A DNA stretch of 62,772 nt, filler included, from Limisphaerales bacterium (GTDB lineage Bacteria; Verrucomicrobiota; Verrucomicrobiia; Limisphaerales; SIBE01): the NCBI GenBank assembly GCA_044225505.1. It is 13 parts of 13 records of this genome, joined end to end, with 100 filler letters (N's around TTAATTAATTAA, not from the genome) between each part and the next. Parts side by side here need not be neighbours in the genome. Positions count along the whole stretch, not along the records: positions 10,092 to 15,754 come from JBGAIN010000307.1; positions 15,855 to 21,327 come from JBGAIN010000308.1; positions 21,428 to 26,162 come from JBGAIN010000309.1; 10 more parts are not named here. One strand, given 5' to 3'. Below are positions 9,992 to 22,199 of the stretch, in pieces. Both the position numbers and the translations under genes were made by a program. The notes below the pieces were generated by a model. It was not told the origin of the DNA, did not search any database, and saw nothing but the letters and a program-made list of their open reading frames with translations. The first letter of the stretch is position 1, and each line of letters begins with the position of its first letter.

Positions 9992-10091
9992 NNNNNNNNN
10001 NNNNNNNNNNNNNNNNNNNNNNNNNNNNNNNNNNNTTAATTAATTAANNNNNNNNNNNNNNNNNNNNNNNNNNNNNNNNNNNNNNNNNNNN

Positions 10092-11573
10092 ATGGGTCGC
10101 TATCCGGATCGGCGGTGGGCGACCACCTACCGTCCGGAGTTGCGCGTTAGCGTGGATCCGAAGCTGGCCTGTTTTGGAACGTGGTATGAACTGTTCCCGA
10201 GGTCATTGGGCAAAGCTGGCAGCCACGGGACCTTTCGGGAGGTCGAGGAACATTTGCCGCGCGTCGCGGAGATGGGGTTCAATGTGCTTTATTTCCCCCC
10301 TATTCATCCAATCGGGCAATCGTTCCGAAAGGGAAGGAACAATAATCCCGTGTGTCAACCAGGTGAACCCGGGAGTCCCTGGGCCATCGGCGCGCCCGAA
10401 GGCGGGCACAAATCGGTTCACCCAAAACTTGGCACGCTTGAGGATTTTCACCGACTTGTCTCTAAAGCGCGCGAGATGCAGATCGAGATCGCTCTCGACA
10501 TCGCGTTCCAGTGTTCGCCTGATCATCCCTATGTGAAAGAACACCCCGAATGGTTCCGCAAACGTCCCGACGGCTCGATTCAATACGCGGAAAATCCGCC
10601 CAAGAAATACCAGGACATCTACCCTTTTGATTTCGAATGCGAGGCCTGGGAAAGCTTATGGCGCGAGCTCAAAAGCGTTTTTGACTTCTGGATTGAGCAG
10701 GGCGTGACGGTCTTTCGCGTCGACAATCCACACACGAAGGCATTCCCGTTTTGGGAATGGTGCCTCGGCGAACTGAAACGAAAACACCCCGGGCTCATAT
10801 TCTTGTCCGAAGCGTTTACGCGGCCCAAAGTTATGTATCGGCTGGCGAAAGTGGGGTTCACGCAGTCTTACAACTATTTCCCGTGGCGCAACACCAAGCA
10901 GGAGCTGACGGAGTATTTCACGGAATTGACTCGGACGGAGGTGCGAGAATACCTGCGCCCCAATCTGTGGCCAAACACGCCGGACATTCTACCGCTATAT
11001 CTGCAATATGGAGGTCGGCCGGCATTCATGGTGCGGCTCATTCTTGCGGCCACGCTCGGCGCCAGTTACGGCATCTACGGGCCAGCCTTCGAACTCTGTG
11101 TGCAAGAATCGCGCGAAGTCGGCAGCGAGGAATATTTGAATTCCGAAAAGTACGAGGTTAAGGCTTGGGACCTCGACGCGCCGGAAAACCTGACTGGTTT
11201 GGTTCAACGGGTGAACCGCATTCGGCGGGAGAACGCGGCCCTGCAGGGCCGCGGCGCGTTGGACTTTCATCGCGTGGACAATGAACAAATCATCGCCTAC
11301 AGCAAGGCCACGGAGGATCGTGAAAACATCATTCTCGTGGTCGTGAACCTCGACCCGCACCACGTCCAACGCGGATGGTTGGATTTGCCCATTCGGGAAT
11401 TCGAAGTCCCGGAGAATGGAAGCTATCAAATGCACGATCTGTTAACTGGGGCGCGTTACCTCTGGAATGGGGTGCGCAATTTTGTGGAGCTTGATCCGCG
11501 GTTTGCTCCCGCCCATATTTTTCGGTTGCGCCAGCGCGTGCGTACTGAACGAGATTTTGACTACTATCTTTAA
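10092..11573 (+). CDS. glgE: Alpha-1,4-glucan:maltose-1-phosphate maltosyltransferase (5'-truncated)
   Basis: WYELFPRS, PPIHPIG, ENPPKKYQDIYP, FRVDNPHTK and NSEKYE. Confidence 0.95.
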   Translation: MGRYPDRRWATTYRPELRVSVDPKLACFGTWYELFPRSLGKAGSHGTFREVEEHLPRVAEMGFNVLYFPPIHPIGQSFRKGRNNNPVCQPGEPGSPWAIGAPEGGHKSVHPKLGTLEDFHRLVSKAREMQIEIALDIAFQCSPDHPYVKEHPEWFRKRPDGSIQYAENPPKKYQDIYPFDFECEAWESLWRELKSVFDFWIEQGVTVFRVDNPHTKAFPFWEWCLGELKRKHPGLIFLSEAFTRPKVMYRLAKVGFTQSYNYFPWRNTKQELTEYFTELTRTEVREYLRPNLWPNTPDILPLYLQYGGRPAFMVRLILAATLGASYGIYGPAFELCVQESREVGSEEYLNSEKYEVKAWDLDAPENLTGLVQRVNRIRRENAALQGRGALDFHRVDNEQIIAYSKATEDRENIILVVVNLDPHHVQRGWLDLPIREFEVPENGSYQMHDLLTGARYLWNGVRNFVELDPRFAPAHIFRLRQRVRTERDFDYYL

Positions 11574-11591
11574 GCGCCTGACTCCGCTGCT

Positions 11592-13360
11592 ATGGCCGCA
11601 CTGGAACGAATGAACAATTTAAATCGAGAGGGCTTGGACCAAGACCCGTTCTGGTATAAGACCGGCGTCATTTACGAAGTCCACGTTCGCGCGTTCTGCG
11701 ATAGCGACGGTAACGGCGTGGGCGATTTCCGGGGCCTGACCGGCAAACTCGACTACTTGAAGGACCTGGGCGTCACCGCGCTCTGGCTACTACCCTTTTA
11801 CCCCTCACCACTCCGAGACGATGGATACGACATCGCGAACTACTGCGACCATCTATGGCACACTCCGAGGACTTCAAGTCCTTCCTTAGCGAAGCTCACC
11901 AGCGAGGCCTGCGCGTCATCATCGAGCTAGTGTTAAACCATACCTCCGACCAGCACCCTTGGTTCCAGCGCGCCCGTCGCGCCGAATCAGACAGCCGCTG
12001 GCGTGCGTTCTATGTATGGGGTGATTCACCTGACCCTTATCGCGATACTCGCATCATCTTCAAAGACGTTGAGGTTTCCAACTGGACCTGGGACCACGTT
12101 GCCAACGCCTATTATTGGCATCGCTTCTTTTCCCACCAACCGGACCTAAACTATGACAACCCGGAGGTCTTTGAGGAGATGATTCGAGTGTTGGACTTCT
12201 GGCTGGATTTGGGAGTGGACGGCGTCCGCCTGGATGCCGTGCCCTATCTCTATGAACGCGAAGGCACGAGTTGCGAGAATCTCCCGGAAACCCACGCTGC
12301 TCTAAAGAAGCTGCGCGCTCACGTCGACAAAAAGTACGGCGACCGGATGCTGCTGGGCGAGGCGAACCAATGGCCGGAAGACGCTGTGGCCTATTTCGGC
12401 CAAGGGAAGGGCGACGAGTGTCATATGGCCTTCCACTTTCCGCTGATGCCGCGCCTGTTCATGGCGGTTCGAATGGAAGATCGCACTCCTATTGTCGACA
12501 TTCTCGAGCAGACGCCGCCTATCCCTGAGACAGCCCAGTGGGCGTTGTTTCTCCGCAACCACGACGAACTCACGCTTGAGATGGTTACGGACGAGGAGCG
12601 TGATTACATGTATCGGATGTATGCTCACGTCCAGCAAGCGCGGCTGAATCTGGGTATACGTCGTCGGCTCGCCCCCCTGCTCGGCAACGATCGCAAGCGG
12701 ATTGAACTTCTTAACGCACTGCTCTTTTCTCTTCCGGGCACTCCCGTCCTCTACTACGGCGATGAAATCGGCATGGGCGAAAATATTTTTCTCGGCGATC
12801 GCAACGGCGTGCGCACGCCCATGCAGTGGAGTTCGGACAAGAACGCGGGCTTTTCCCGCGCCAATCCGCAAGCGCTCTACCTGCCGATTATCTACGATCC
12901 GGAGTACCACTACGAAGCGGTGAACGTCGAAGGGCAGTTGGGGAATCCACATTCCCTGCTCTGGTGGATGCGCCGACTGCTGGCGCTACGAAAGAAGTGG
13001 CGCGCCCTGGGGGAAGGTCGCTGCGAGTTCCTCCAGCCGGAGAATCGGAAGATTCTTAGCTACATCCTTCGCGACGAGCAGGAGACGTTATTGGTCGTGG
13101 CGAACCTGTCGCGCTTCGTGCAACCGGTGGAACTGGACCTGTCTGCGTTCAGGCAAATGGCGCCCATAGAGCTTTTCGGTCGGACCGAGTTTCCGGTGAT
13201 CACGGACAAGCCTTACTCGTTGACTCTCGGTCCGCACTCATTTTACTGGTTTTCACTGGAAAGCAAGCGGGCGTCCGCGATCACCCCGGGGGCTCCAGTT
13301 GCGCCACGAGCAGCAGGTGTTGCCGGGAACTGGATAAACGTCCTTTTCGGGCAAGCCTAA
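11592..13360 (+). CDS. treS: Trehalose synthase/maltose alpha-D-glucosyltransferase domain (frameshift near 11860)
   Basis: [42 protein letters not shown] and [12 protein letters not shown]. Confidence 0.92.
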
Positions 13361-14962
13361 AGCGACATTGGAGGGCCTGCTCCCCGCCTATATCGGCGCT
13401 AAACGATGGTTTGGGGGCAAGGCAAAGACCATCAAGCATGTTTCCCTCAAAGAAATCGTGCCGGTGCCCAGGTTGGGCGAGGCAATTGGTTTCTAACTCT
13501 GGCCCAAGTCGACTACGTGCAAAGTGATCGGAGCTCTATTCGCCATGCTCTGGCGTACTAGCACCGCCGAGGCAAGGGGCGTTGCCGAGAGGACACCGCA
13601 CCTGGTCGTTGCCGATCTGAACGTTGTGATCAGACTGCAGATTGTATTGCGCGACCCGCTGGTCGACCAACTCTGCCATGCGCTTCTAGAATGATCCTTC
13701 ACGATCGTCAGAGCCAAGGCACCCAAGGTCAACTCGAAGGCTCATCGACTGCTGTCCTGCGCGCATTTGAAGCGCGGAGTTGCCTGCTTCTTCTCTCGGG
13801 AAAGCCGAGCAAGCCGCTCTTCTGGGCTATTTACGGCGATAAGGTCATGCTCAAGGTTTTCCGAAAGGTTGAGCTCGGAATTAATCCCGATCTCGAGATC
13901 GGAAGATTTTTGGTCGGGCGGGACTTTCCCAATGTTCCGGCCTTTACTGGCGCTCTTGAATACACTGTCCCGAGCGGCGACTCGCGCGTAGCCATCGCTT
14001 ACGGCTGCATCAGGGATGCAAAGACGCTGCTTCGATGACATTGGACGCTTTGAGACGCTGGCTATGACCGAGTGTTGGGAGTTCTTCAAGCCAGGGGCGA
14101 GGCGCACGCCTCGGAGAACAACGACTGGCTGAACTGTAACTGTGAGGAGATCGCGCCGGCCGTTCAGGAACTCATCGGGACCTACCTCGAGTCCGCACGG
14201 CTCCTGGGTCGCCGCACGGCAGAGCTGCATTTGACATTGGCGTCGGCATTGGAAGACAGTGCTTTCGCGCCGGAACCGCTCACGCCCCACTATTTGCGCG
14301 GCCTGTTCCAGTCCATGCGCAACCTGGCCACGCAAAGTCTGCGCCTTCTGCGCAAGCAAATCAAAGGCCTTCCCTCTGAGGTGGCGCCGACGGCCGAACG
14401 GGTGCTGGCTCAGGAAAGCAAAATCGTCAACAGCTACGGACGACTTTTGGAGCACCGAATTAATGCGAAGCGCATCCGTATTCATGGCGATTATCACCTT
14501 GGGCAAGTGCTCTGGACCGGCAAAGACTTTGTCATTCTCGATTTTGAAGGCGAGCCAGCGGTGGCATTGAGTGAGCGCCGGATCAAGCGTTCTCCATTGC
14601 GTGACGTGGCGGGAATGATTCGTTCTTTCGATTACGCTGCGCATGCGGGGCTGCTCCAGCACGTGGCGCGGGGCAGCCTGTCCCCGGAGAACTCTTCCGC
14701 GTTTGCTCTCTGGGGGCGCTTTTGGAATCAAACAGTCAGCGCAAGTTTCCTCCGAACGTATCTCCAGGCGCTCGGCCAATCGGATCTACTGCCGAATACT
14801 CAAGGGGAATTCCAAGCGCTGTTGAGGGCCTACCTATTGAATAAGGCCATGTATGAACTGGGTTATGAGCTGAATAATCGGCCCGCCTGGCTGAGAATCC
14901 CCCTCCTGGGTGTGCTGCAACTGCTGGGCGAAGCTTGTCCAAATGAATGGCCAGGCCGCTGA
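13361..14962 (+). CDS. Maltokinase (Pep2/Mak) domain of a TreS-Mak fusion, multiple frameshifts
   Basis: KRWFGGKA-like start, GINPDLEIGRFL, RIHGDYHLGQVL, DFEGEP and RDVAGMIRSFDY. Confidence 0.8.
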
Positions 14963-15077
14963 TCCCATACCGATTGCAGGCTCATCCCACGACCGTTGGT
15001 GATAGCAAAGCGTCATTGGCGTCTTCGGTGGCCCTTCCCATGGCCGCTTGAATTGAATCGACTTCTCGCAACTGCAT

Positions 15078-15754
15078 ATGAGCATCCCGCAAGATTCGAA
15101 GAACTCAACACGTGCGACCAAAAGCTCCGATAGAGCCTTTACAGTCCTCGGACAAGACGACCTGCATTGGTTTAACGAGGGCACTCACTGTCGCCTGTAT
15201 CAGGCCATGGGCGCCCAACTCATCCTCCGAGACAGTTTGCCCGGGACTTGCTTTTCAGTCTGGGCGCCGAACGCAGCCCAAGTTTCCGTCATCGGCGATT
15301 TCAACGACTGGGATAAGACGCGCCACGCGCTACAGCCTGTCGACCAGTCCGGCGTGTGGAGCGGGTTCGTTCCCCAGCTTGGCCAGGGCGCGGTCTACAA
15401 GTACCACATTGTCTCGCGGCATAACAATTTCGCGGTAGACAAGGCTGACCCCTACGGCTTCTACCATGAGACCGCGCCGAGAACCGCATCCTTGGTTTGG
15501 AGTTTGGATTACGCGTGGAATGACGGGCCGTGGATGAAGACACGCCCCGAATGTCAGACCGCCTCGAGCCCGATTTCCATCTACGAAGTCCATCTCGGCT
15601 CGTGGATGCGCGTGCCGGAGGAGCAAAACAGATGGCTCACCTACCGCGAATTGGCAGCAAAGTTGACGCGCCACGTCCAGGAGCACGGCTTCACCCATGT
15701 CGAACTTCTGCCGGTGATGAAGCACCCGTTTTATGGCTCTTGGGGCTACCAGAC
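15078..15754 (+). CDS. glgB: 1,4-alpha-glucan branching enzyme (3'-truncated)
   Basis: FSVWAPNA, VIGDFNDW, KADPY, IYEVHLGSW and HPFYGSWGYQ. Confidence 0.95.
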
Positions 15755-15854
15755 NNNNNNNNNNNNNNNNNNNNNNNNNNNNNNNNNNNNNNNNNNNNTT
15801 AATTAATTAANNNNNNNNNNNNNNNNNNNNNNNNNNNNNNNNNNNNNNNNNNNN

Positions 15855-18581
15855 AAAAGGGATCATTCACCGGGACTTGAAGCCCTCGAATGTCCTAGTC
15901 ACAGAGCAGGACGGCAAAGCTTTGCCGAAGGTGATTGATTTCGGAATCGCCAAAGCCACCGAACAGCCACTGACCGACAAAACCCTTTTTACCCAGTTCA
16001 ATCAGTTTATGGGCACTCCTGCTTACATGAGCCCTGAGCAGGCGGGATTGGGCCTGATATTGATACCCGAAGTCGCCTACAGCCTCGGCGTTCTGCTCTA
16101 CGAATTGATTACCGGTCGAACCCCGTTCGACGCGCGCTCTCTTCTCAAATCCGGTGTGGAGGCGATTCAAAAAACAATTCGCGAGACCGAACCACCAAAG
16201 CCCGTTTACACCTCGTCTGAGCACGCTCACGCACGCGGAACTGAGTCAGATCGCGGAACAGCGGAGCGAGTTGCCGGAAGGCTTGAACAAGGTCCTTCGC
16301 GGCGAGCTCGATTGGATCGTGCTCAAAGCTCTTGAGAAGGACCGCAACCGCCGTTACCAGTCCGCGAATGCTCTCGCGTCCGATCTCCGGAACTTCCTCG
16401 TCGATCAACCTGTCACCGCTGCGCCACCGACCTGGAGCTATCAATTCTCGAAATTTGCCCGGCGAAATCGCGTGGCCATGGGCACCGCCGCTGCCTTCGC
16501 TCTGGTTTTATTAATCGCTACCATGATCAGCGCCTGGCAAGCGATTCGAGCGACTCGACATTTGAACCGTGCGCGCCTCAACGCCTACGCCTCCGAAATG
16601 AACGTCGCCCAACAAGCCATCCGGGAAAATAACTTGGAGCGTGCCCTGGAGTTGCTCAATCGCCAGCGGCCCAGGCCAGGTGAAGATGACCTGCGCGGTT
16701 TCGAGTGGCGTTACCTCTGGCAGATCTGCCAGGGGAACGAGAGCGCTGTTTTTCGCGACGCGCCGCCCCAGGGTTTAGATCAGTGCACGATTGCGTTCTC
16801 ACTGGGATCGTTTTTATCTATTCCGGCTCAGGCCAGGTGGTTGTTCGCGAGACCCAGACGCTCCAAGTGATCAAGCAGCTTTCCGTCTGGGGTAACGCAC
16901 TCACCTTTTCACCAGATAGCCGTTTGCTCATCCTGTCCGGTGATGTCTTAAGATTCTGGGAAACGACGAATTGGAACCAACTGCTCATGCCCAGGCTGAC
17001 CAATGCCGTCCTGCCGGCCATCTTTTCGCCGGACGGGCAATGGCTTGTAACCGGAGTAAAGGATCGAAACAAACTTCAGCTTTGGAATACTGATTCCTGG
17101 GAACCTGTGGCCCAGTGCGAGCAAACACCTATTCTTGGGATACATGATCGTGGAGCAGTAGCTTTTTCGCCCGATAGCAAGTTGCTCGTTACCGGCTGGC
17201 TGGACATTCCAGGAAAAGCCGGTGGTGTTCGCCTTTGGAAAGTCCCGAGCCTCGAGAACTATACCAATCTCTATCCGGCCGGCGTTCCGCTCCTCTCCGC
17301 GAATTTCCTCCCCAACAGCAAGTATTTGCTTACCGGCAGTTGGATGGATCAATTGGTTGTTTGGGACTTGAGTTCGGATTCTCCCAAAATATCCGCCTCA
17401 ATTTCGGAACACTCGGCATACCTACCGGCTATAGCGGTCGGATCGCGCTCGAAAACCTTCGCCACAGCCAGCGCGGATCAGTCGATTTGTCTTTGGGATG
17501 CTTCAACCTTCAGGCGAGTCGCTCGATGGCGTGGTCACACGCGTGAAATTTGGGCGTTAGCCATGTCCCCTGACGGGGCACGCGTTGCCTCCAGCAGTAC
17601 CGATGGAACCGTTCGACTCTGGCCTGGCCAGCCGCAGGATCTCGGTGGATCTGGAGCGACGCCGGACAGATTGCCGGCTTCAGCTCCGACGGGCAGACTG
17701 TTGTCTTCGGCCCGAGCCACAACGATTATCGGTGGCAGGTCGTGACAGGCACTAATCGCGTGATCATCCCTATCCCGGAAAAGCCGCCCCTTAAATTCGA
17801 ATTTGACGTGACTCCGTTCGCTGTTACAGGCAATGAACCCCTTGCTGTTCTTGGCCGGACAGAGGGACAGATAGAACTGTGGAACCTTAAAGAGCATAAA
17901 CTGACGGCCCTGTGGAGTGCCGGAACAAACTGGATATCCACCGTCGCTCTGTCGTCGGATGGAACCAAACTCGCTACGGGCGACGAAAAAGGGTTCCTGA
18001 AAGTCTGGAACATGGCCACACACACGGAGCTCTCTACCTGTAGGCCTACGAAAGAGTTTGCGGGGGCAACTAAACTTTTGCGCCAGACGGCAGATCGATC
18101 GTCACGGGATCATATTCTTCCTCGGAAACCACTGTATGGGACGTCCAAACCGGCCAACGCCTCCTCTCAGTCAAGGTGCCGGCGAATCAGGTTGTCTTCG
18201 CACCAGATGGCAAATCTTTTGTCACGTGCAGTGTGAACAACAACGAAGCTCAAATTTGGGAGTTTCCCTCAGGTCGTTTCAAAAGGTCCCTCAAAGGCCA
18301 CGTTGGAGGAATCACCCAACTCGCCTTTTCGCCGGACGGTCGGACATCATGCGACCGGCGCATACGATACGCGAATAAAAATCTGGAACATGGCGACGAG
18401 TCAGGAAGTCGCGACGTTGCCGCATCCAGGGACCATCAACGCGCTTCGCTTTTCCCCGGATGGACGCACCCTTGCTGCAAGCTTCTGGGCACTTCCCGAC
18501 CTGCAAGCACAACTTTTCAAGGCTCCGTCTTTGGAGGAAATCGCCGCCATCGAAAAGCGCAACACTGAAATGGCGCACTGA
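15855..18581 (+). CDS. Ser/Thr kinase with C-terminal WD40 repeats (5'-truncated, several frameshifts)
   Basis: [50 protein letters not shown] and repeated FSPDG units. Confidence 0.85.
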
Positions 18582-18719
18582 TCCGTCCCGCTAAAACACC
18601 GCCTGGCGCGCGTTGCAGCCAGATTTTCCCAATCCAACCTTGTAACCCTTTCGCCAATTCTCTTTGGGAAGAATTCGAAGGCGCATTGCACGACGCAATC
18701 GCATTAAACCTAAAAATCT

Positions 18720-19271
18720 ATGAAAGCCTCCAGCATCACTATTCTGAATTGCACTCTCACCCCTTGTTTGCGGCACGCTCCCCCCCTGTCGGGGGCGGTC
18801 ACAATGCAGGCCGGAGAAATCCGCGGCAGTAGCGGAAATAACTTCTCGTTCGGTCCTGCAGCGTTACACCCGGCGTACCTCATGACTCACCCGGGGTCGC
18901 CAAAGTCTTTGCTGGGGCAATTGCACCTTTGACGGCACGGAATTTTATTCCATCCGGCTGGCCCCAATCAGCCCATCCTCCTCAGTGGCACGTGGCACTC
19001 GTTTCGGCTGACGGAGCTTCCACGCTTGACGCAGAGGTCGAAGGCACAGGCATTCCCTGATCCGGCCAACCCCAATTTCGTGGAATTGCATTACACCATT
19101 AAATTCACCGGCGGGACCGACAAATGGCAAACGCTCGTGGCAAAGGCGAAATGGAAGGGGTCGCGATGCTTACTTCCCCAACCGGTGGCACAACAACATT
19201 TACGTTTGACGGTCAAATTTCCACTCACGGACATAAAGGCTCGTGAGTATATTTTCATAACCTTCAAATAG
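18720..19271 (+). CDS. Small putative exported protein, frameshifted
   Basis: Starts MKASSI; the later frame FPDPANPNFVELHYTIKFTGGT looks protein-like; reading frames are broken. Confidence 0.3.
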
Positions 19272-19539
19272 CCCCGCGAGGGACCGACGGGTAGACGGCT
19301 GCCGTTGGTCCCTTTTGTAACCATTTTTAGAATCTTCTTTAGTACTGGATTGGTGACTTTATGCGCTACTTCTTGATTTTGATTTCTATCGGTGTCGCTC
19401 CGGGCGACTCCATCTCCTGGATCCCATCGCTCTGCGGGACACCGGACAGTTCCAAGCTCGTCGAGAAGATCAGACGTAGCGCGTTAGCGCGGCAAAGCCA
19501 GAGGTCGTAACGCCAGAGCACAACAAGCTGAACCTCTCG

Positions 19540-21327
19540 CCCCGCCTCCAGATCGAACGGAAAACTCCCGTCGCCCTGCCCAGCCTGAGTTTCTCGGGAA
19601 CGCCGGGAAAAAGTTACGACTTGGAGAAAACTTCTGCGCTTGGTTCAGGGCAATGGCGCTCCATTGTCTCCCTCAGTCTCGGAACCGAGCCATTGAATTG
19701 GGAAGACACCACAGACGATCATCGAGCTTTTATCGTCTGAAACGAGTCGACGAAGCAGGTCTCCCAGTGATGCGGCCTCTAATTTCCGTCTGCTTGACCA
19801 ACAGGGAACTTCCTACGATTTGTTTTATCACTCTCATCTCGACGCCATCGTCGTGCTCGCCGCCGGAACAAATCTCGCCGATATCTCCGCGACCGCTCCG
19901 ATTCTGGACGAAGTCACGAAGAACTATTCCAATCGCATCCAAACGTGGATTCTTCTGTCGGATAAAGCTCCCGTTCGCAGCAACATCCTGGCTCAGGCAA
20001 AAACTCTGAAGATCAACTATCCCGTGCTCTCCGATGTGGCAGGTATCGCCGCGCGTTCCGTCGCACTGACTCGCGCCGGAGAGATTGCGGTAATTCGGCC
20101 TCCCGGCTTTAGCATTCCCTATCGGGGCCTGGTATTGGGGCCCGGGCACACGACGGCAGCCTCGAGTTATCTCGCGCAAGCGCTGGCGGCTGCCGTTGCT
20201 GACCAATCTCCCACCTTTCGCAGGACCGTCGCGGAGGGCTCGCCACTTGGCCACGTGGGCACACGCACACCGACTTACTCCGAAGACGTGGCGCCGATTC
20301 TTTACCGCTATTGCGCCACGTGCCATCGCACGGACGGCGTCGCACCCTTCGCAATGACCGACTATAACGTTGTAAAGGAGTGGTCCGGTTCCATGAAACA
20401 TCACTTGCTCTCTCGCCTCATGCCGCCGTGGCACGCCGACCCGGAGTACGGCCAGTTCGTAAATGATATCTCAATACCGGAACAAGATCGCGCTACGCTC
20501 GTTCGCTGGATTGACGCTGGAGCGCCGCGGGGAACGGGCAACGACCCATTGGCAGAACTCCCGCCGCCTCCGGCTTATGACGTGATTCCACCCAGCCTTG
20601 GTGAACCGGACGAGATAGTGACCATTCCCCTTCAGCAGATCAAGGCGACTGGATCCGAGGCGTACCGTTACTTGTTCGTTCAGACAAAGAATCCCACCAA
20701 CGCCTGGCTTCGCGCCGCAATCATTCGTCACAGCAATCGCAAGGCTGTGCACCATTCGCTCGTCTGGCTTGGCCGCATTGCCAACCGCAGCAGTGAGCCC
20801 GACAACGCGACGTACGAACCGTATATCGCCGAATCCTTCCCAGGCTTTAAGCCCAATTCTATTCCAACGAATTCCTATATTCCGCTCACCAAATCCAACT
20901 GGTTAACGTTCAATCTTCATTACAATACGCTGGGAGTTGCGACAAACGATCAACCGGTCCTCCACCTGTGGTATCACAAGGCGAAACCCCCGCGCGTTTG
21001 GAAATCGGATTTTATTGGAGATGGCACTTTCACAATCCCGCCTTACGCTCGCGACCATAAAGTCCAATCTCCCGCCTGGATGGTGCCCTCAACAGGCATC
21101 ACAGTTCTACGTTTGAACCCGCACATGCATTTACGGGGAAAGCGCATGAAGTACGAAGTTGTGTATGCAAACGGCAAGCGGGAGACGCTTCTTTCCGTTC
21201 CCGACTATGATTTTATGTGGCAAGTCGGCTATCAATTGGCCGAACCGAAGACCCTCCCCGCCGGAAGTCAAATCATTGTGAGCGGTGCGTTCGACAATTC
21301 CCCGGAGAACCTCGCCAATCCGGACCC
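19540..21327 (+). CDS. Redoxin-like + CxxCH + Cu type II monooxygenase-like multidomain protein (frameshifted, 3'-truncated)
   Basis: CATCHR heme-c motif, MPPWHADP, VHH, PHMHLRGK and YDFMWQ; the upstream frame carries an AFYRL module. Confidence 0.7.
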
Positions 21328-21427
21328 NNNNNNNNNNNNNNNNNNNNNNNNNNNNNNNNNNNNNNNNNNNNTTAATTAATTAANNNNNNNNNNNNNNNNN
21401 NNNNNNNNNNNNNNNNNNNNNNNNNNN

Positions 21428-21961
21428 CAAGGAACCATAATCGGCGTCATCCGCGCTCAGGCCGCCCAAGCCCCGCCGGATCGCTTCCGCAAATCGATCG
21501 TCCGGCTTCAGCAAGAGATCGTCCTGCCAGTACCAATGCGGAGAGCCTGCGCCCTGGTATTCTTTCGCTTTGCGGTAGCGAAGCAGTGAATCTTCCCAAC
21601 GCTCGGCAAGCACCGTGATCCAGAACAGCCAGAGCTCGTTCTTCGCGTCGATAAACAAGACCGGATTGAGATCTGGAAAATCCGGGGCATCGGCCATCGG
21701 AAACACCGCGCTCCAATCCTCAGCCCCTCGTCGCAAACGAGCTCCAACGATCGCGACATCCGATGCACGACGCTCGCCAGATCCCTGAAACCAACACGCT
21801 AAGAGATCGCCATTCGGGCATTCCACAATGCAACTGGAATGCACATGGGCCGATTGCACCGGGAATACCAGCCGATCCCGGAAAAACGGAGCTGCGCCGC
21901 GGACCGAGGGCGACGCCCAGATGCCAGCCACAACAACAAGAATTTGGATGAACCAGTGCAT
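21428..21961 (-). CDS. BNR/sialidase-fold exported protein (3'-truncated)
   Basis: Signal peptide, HSSCIVECPNGDLLACWFQGSGE and DLNPVLF. Confidence 0.8.
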
Positions 21962-22199
21962 GATTTCACCAAGCACCACGGCCGATATGGCGGCAGAAGC
22001 CCTCGCAGAGGCGAGGCAGCTCATACCCATGCCGGAATTGAACCGGGTTGCTCAAGTCAACGGACGCTAGCATGGGCTCCGCGTGAAGATCAACGCCAGA
22101 TGGCGACCAGAAAAATCAACTCCATTCAGAGCAACCTCGGACTCAAAACCATCCCGCCGATTACGACTCACCAATTGGCCCCGCAACGAAGCGAACAGG

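Noticed and set aside
11592..21327. Many frameshifts in treS/mak, the kinase-WD40 and the redoxin gene, as programmed frameshifting or true pseudogenes
   Set aside because: Indels cluster on two contigs, in otherwise well-conserved genes, with no consistent slippery motif. Low-coverage assembly error is more likely.
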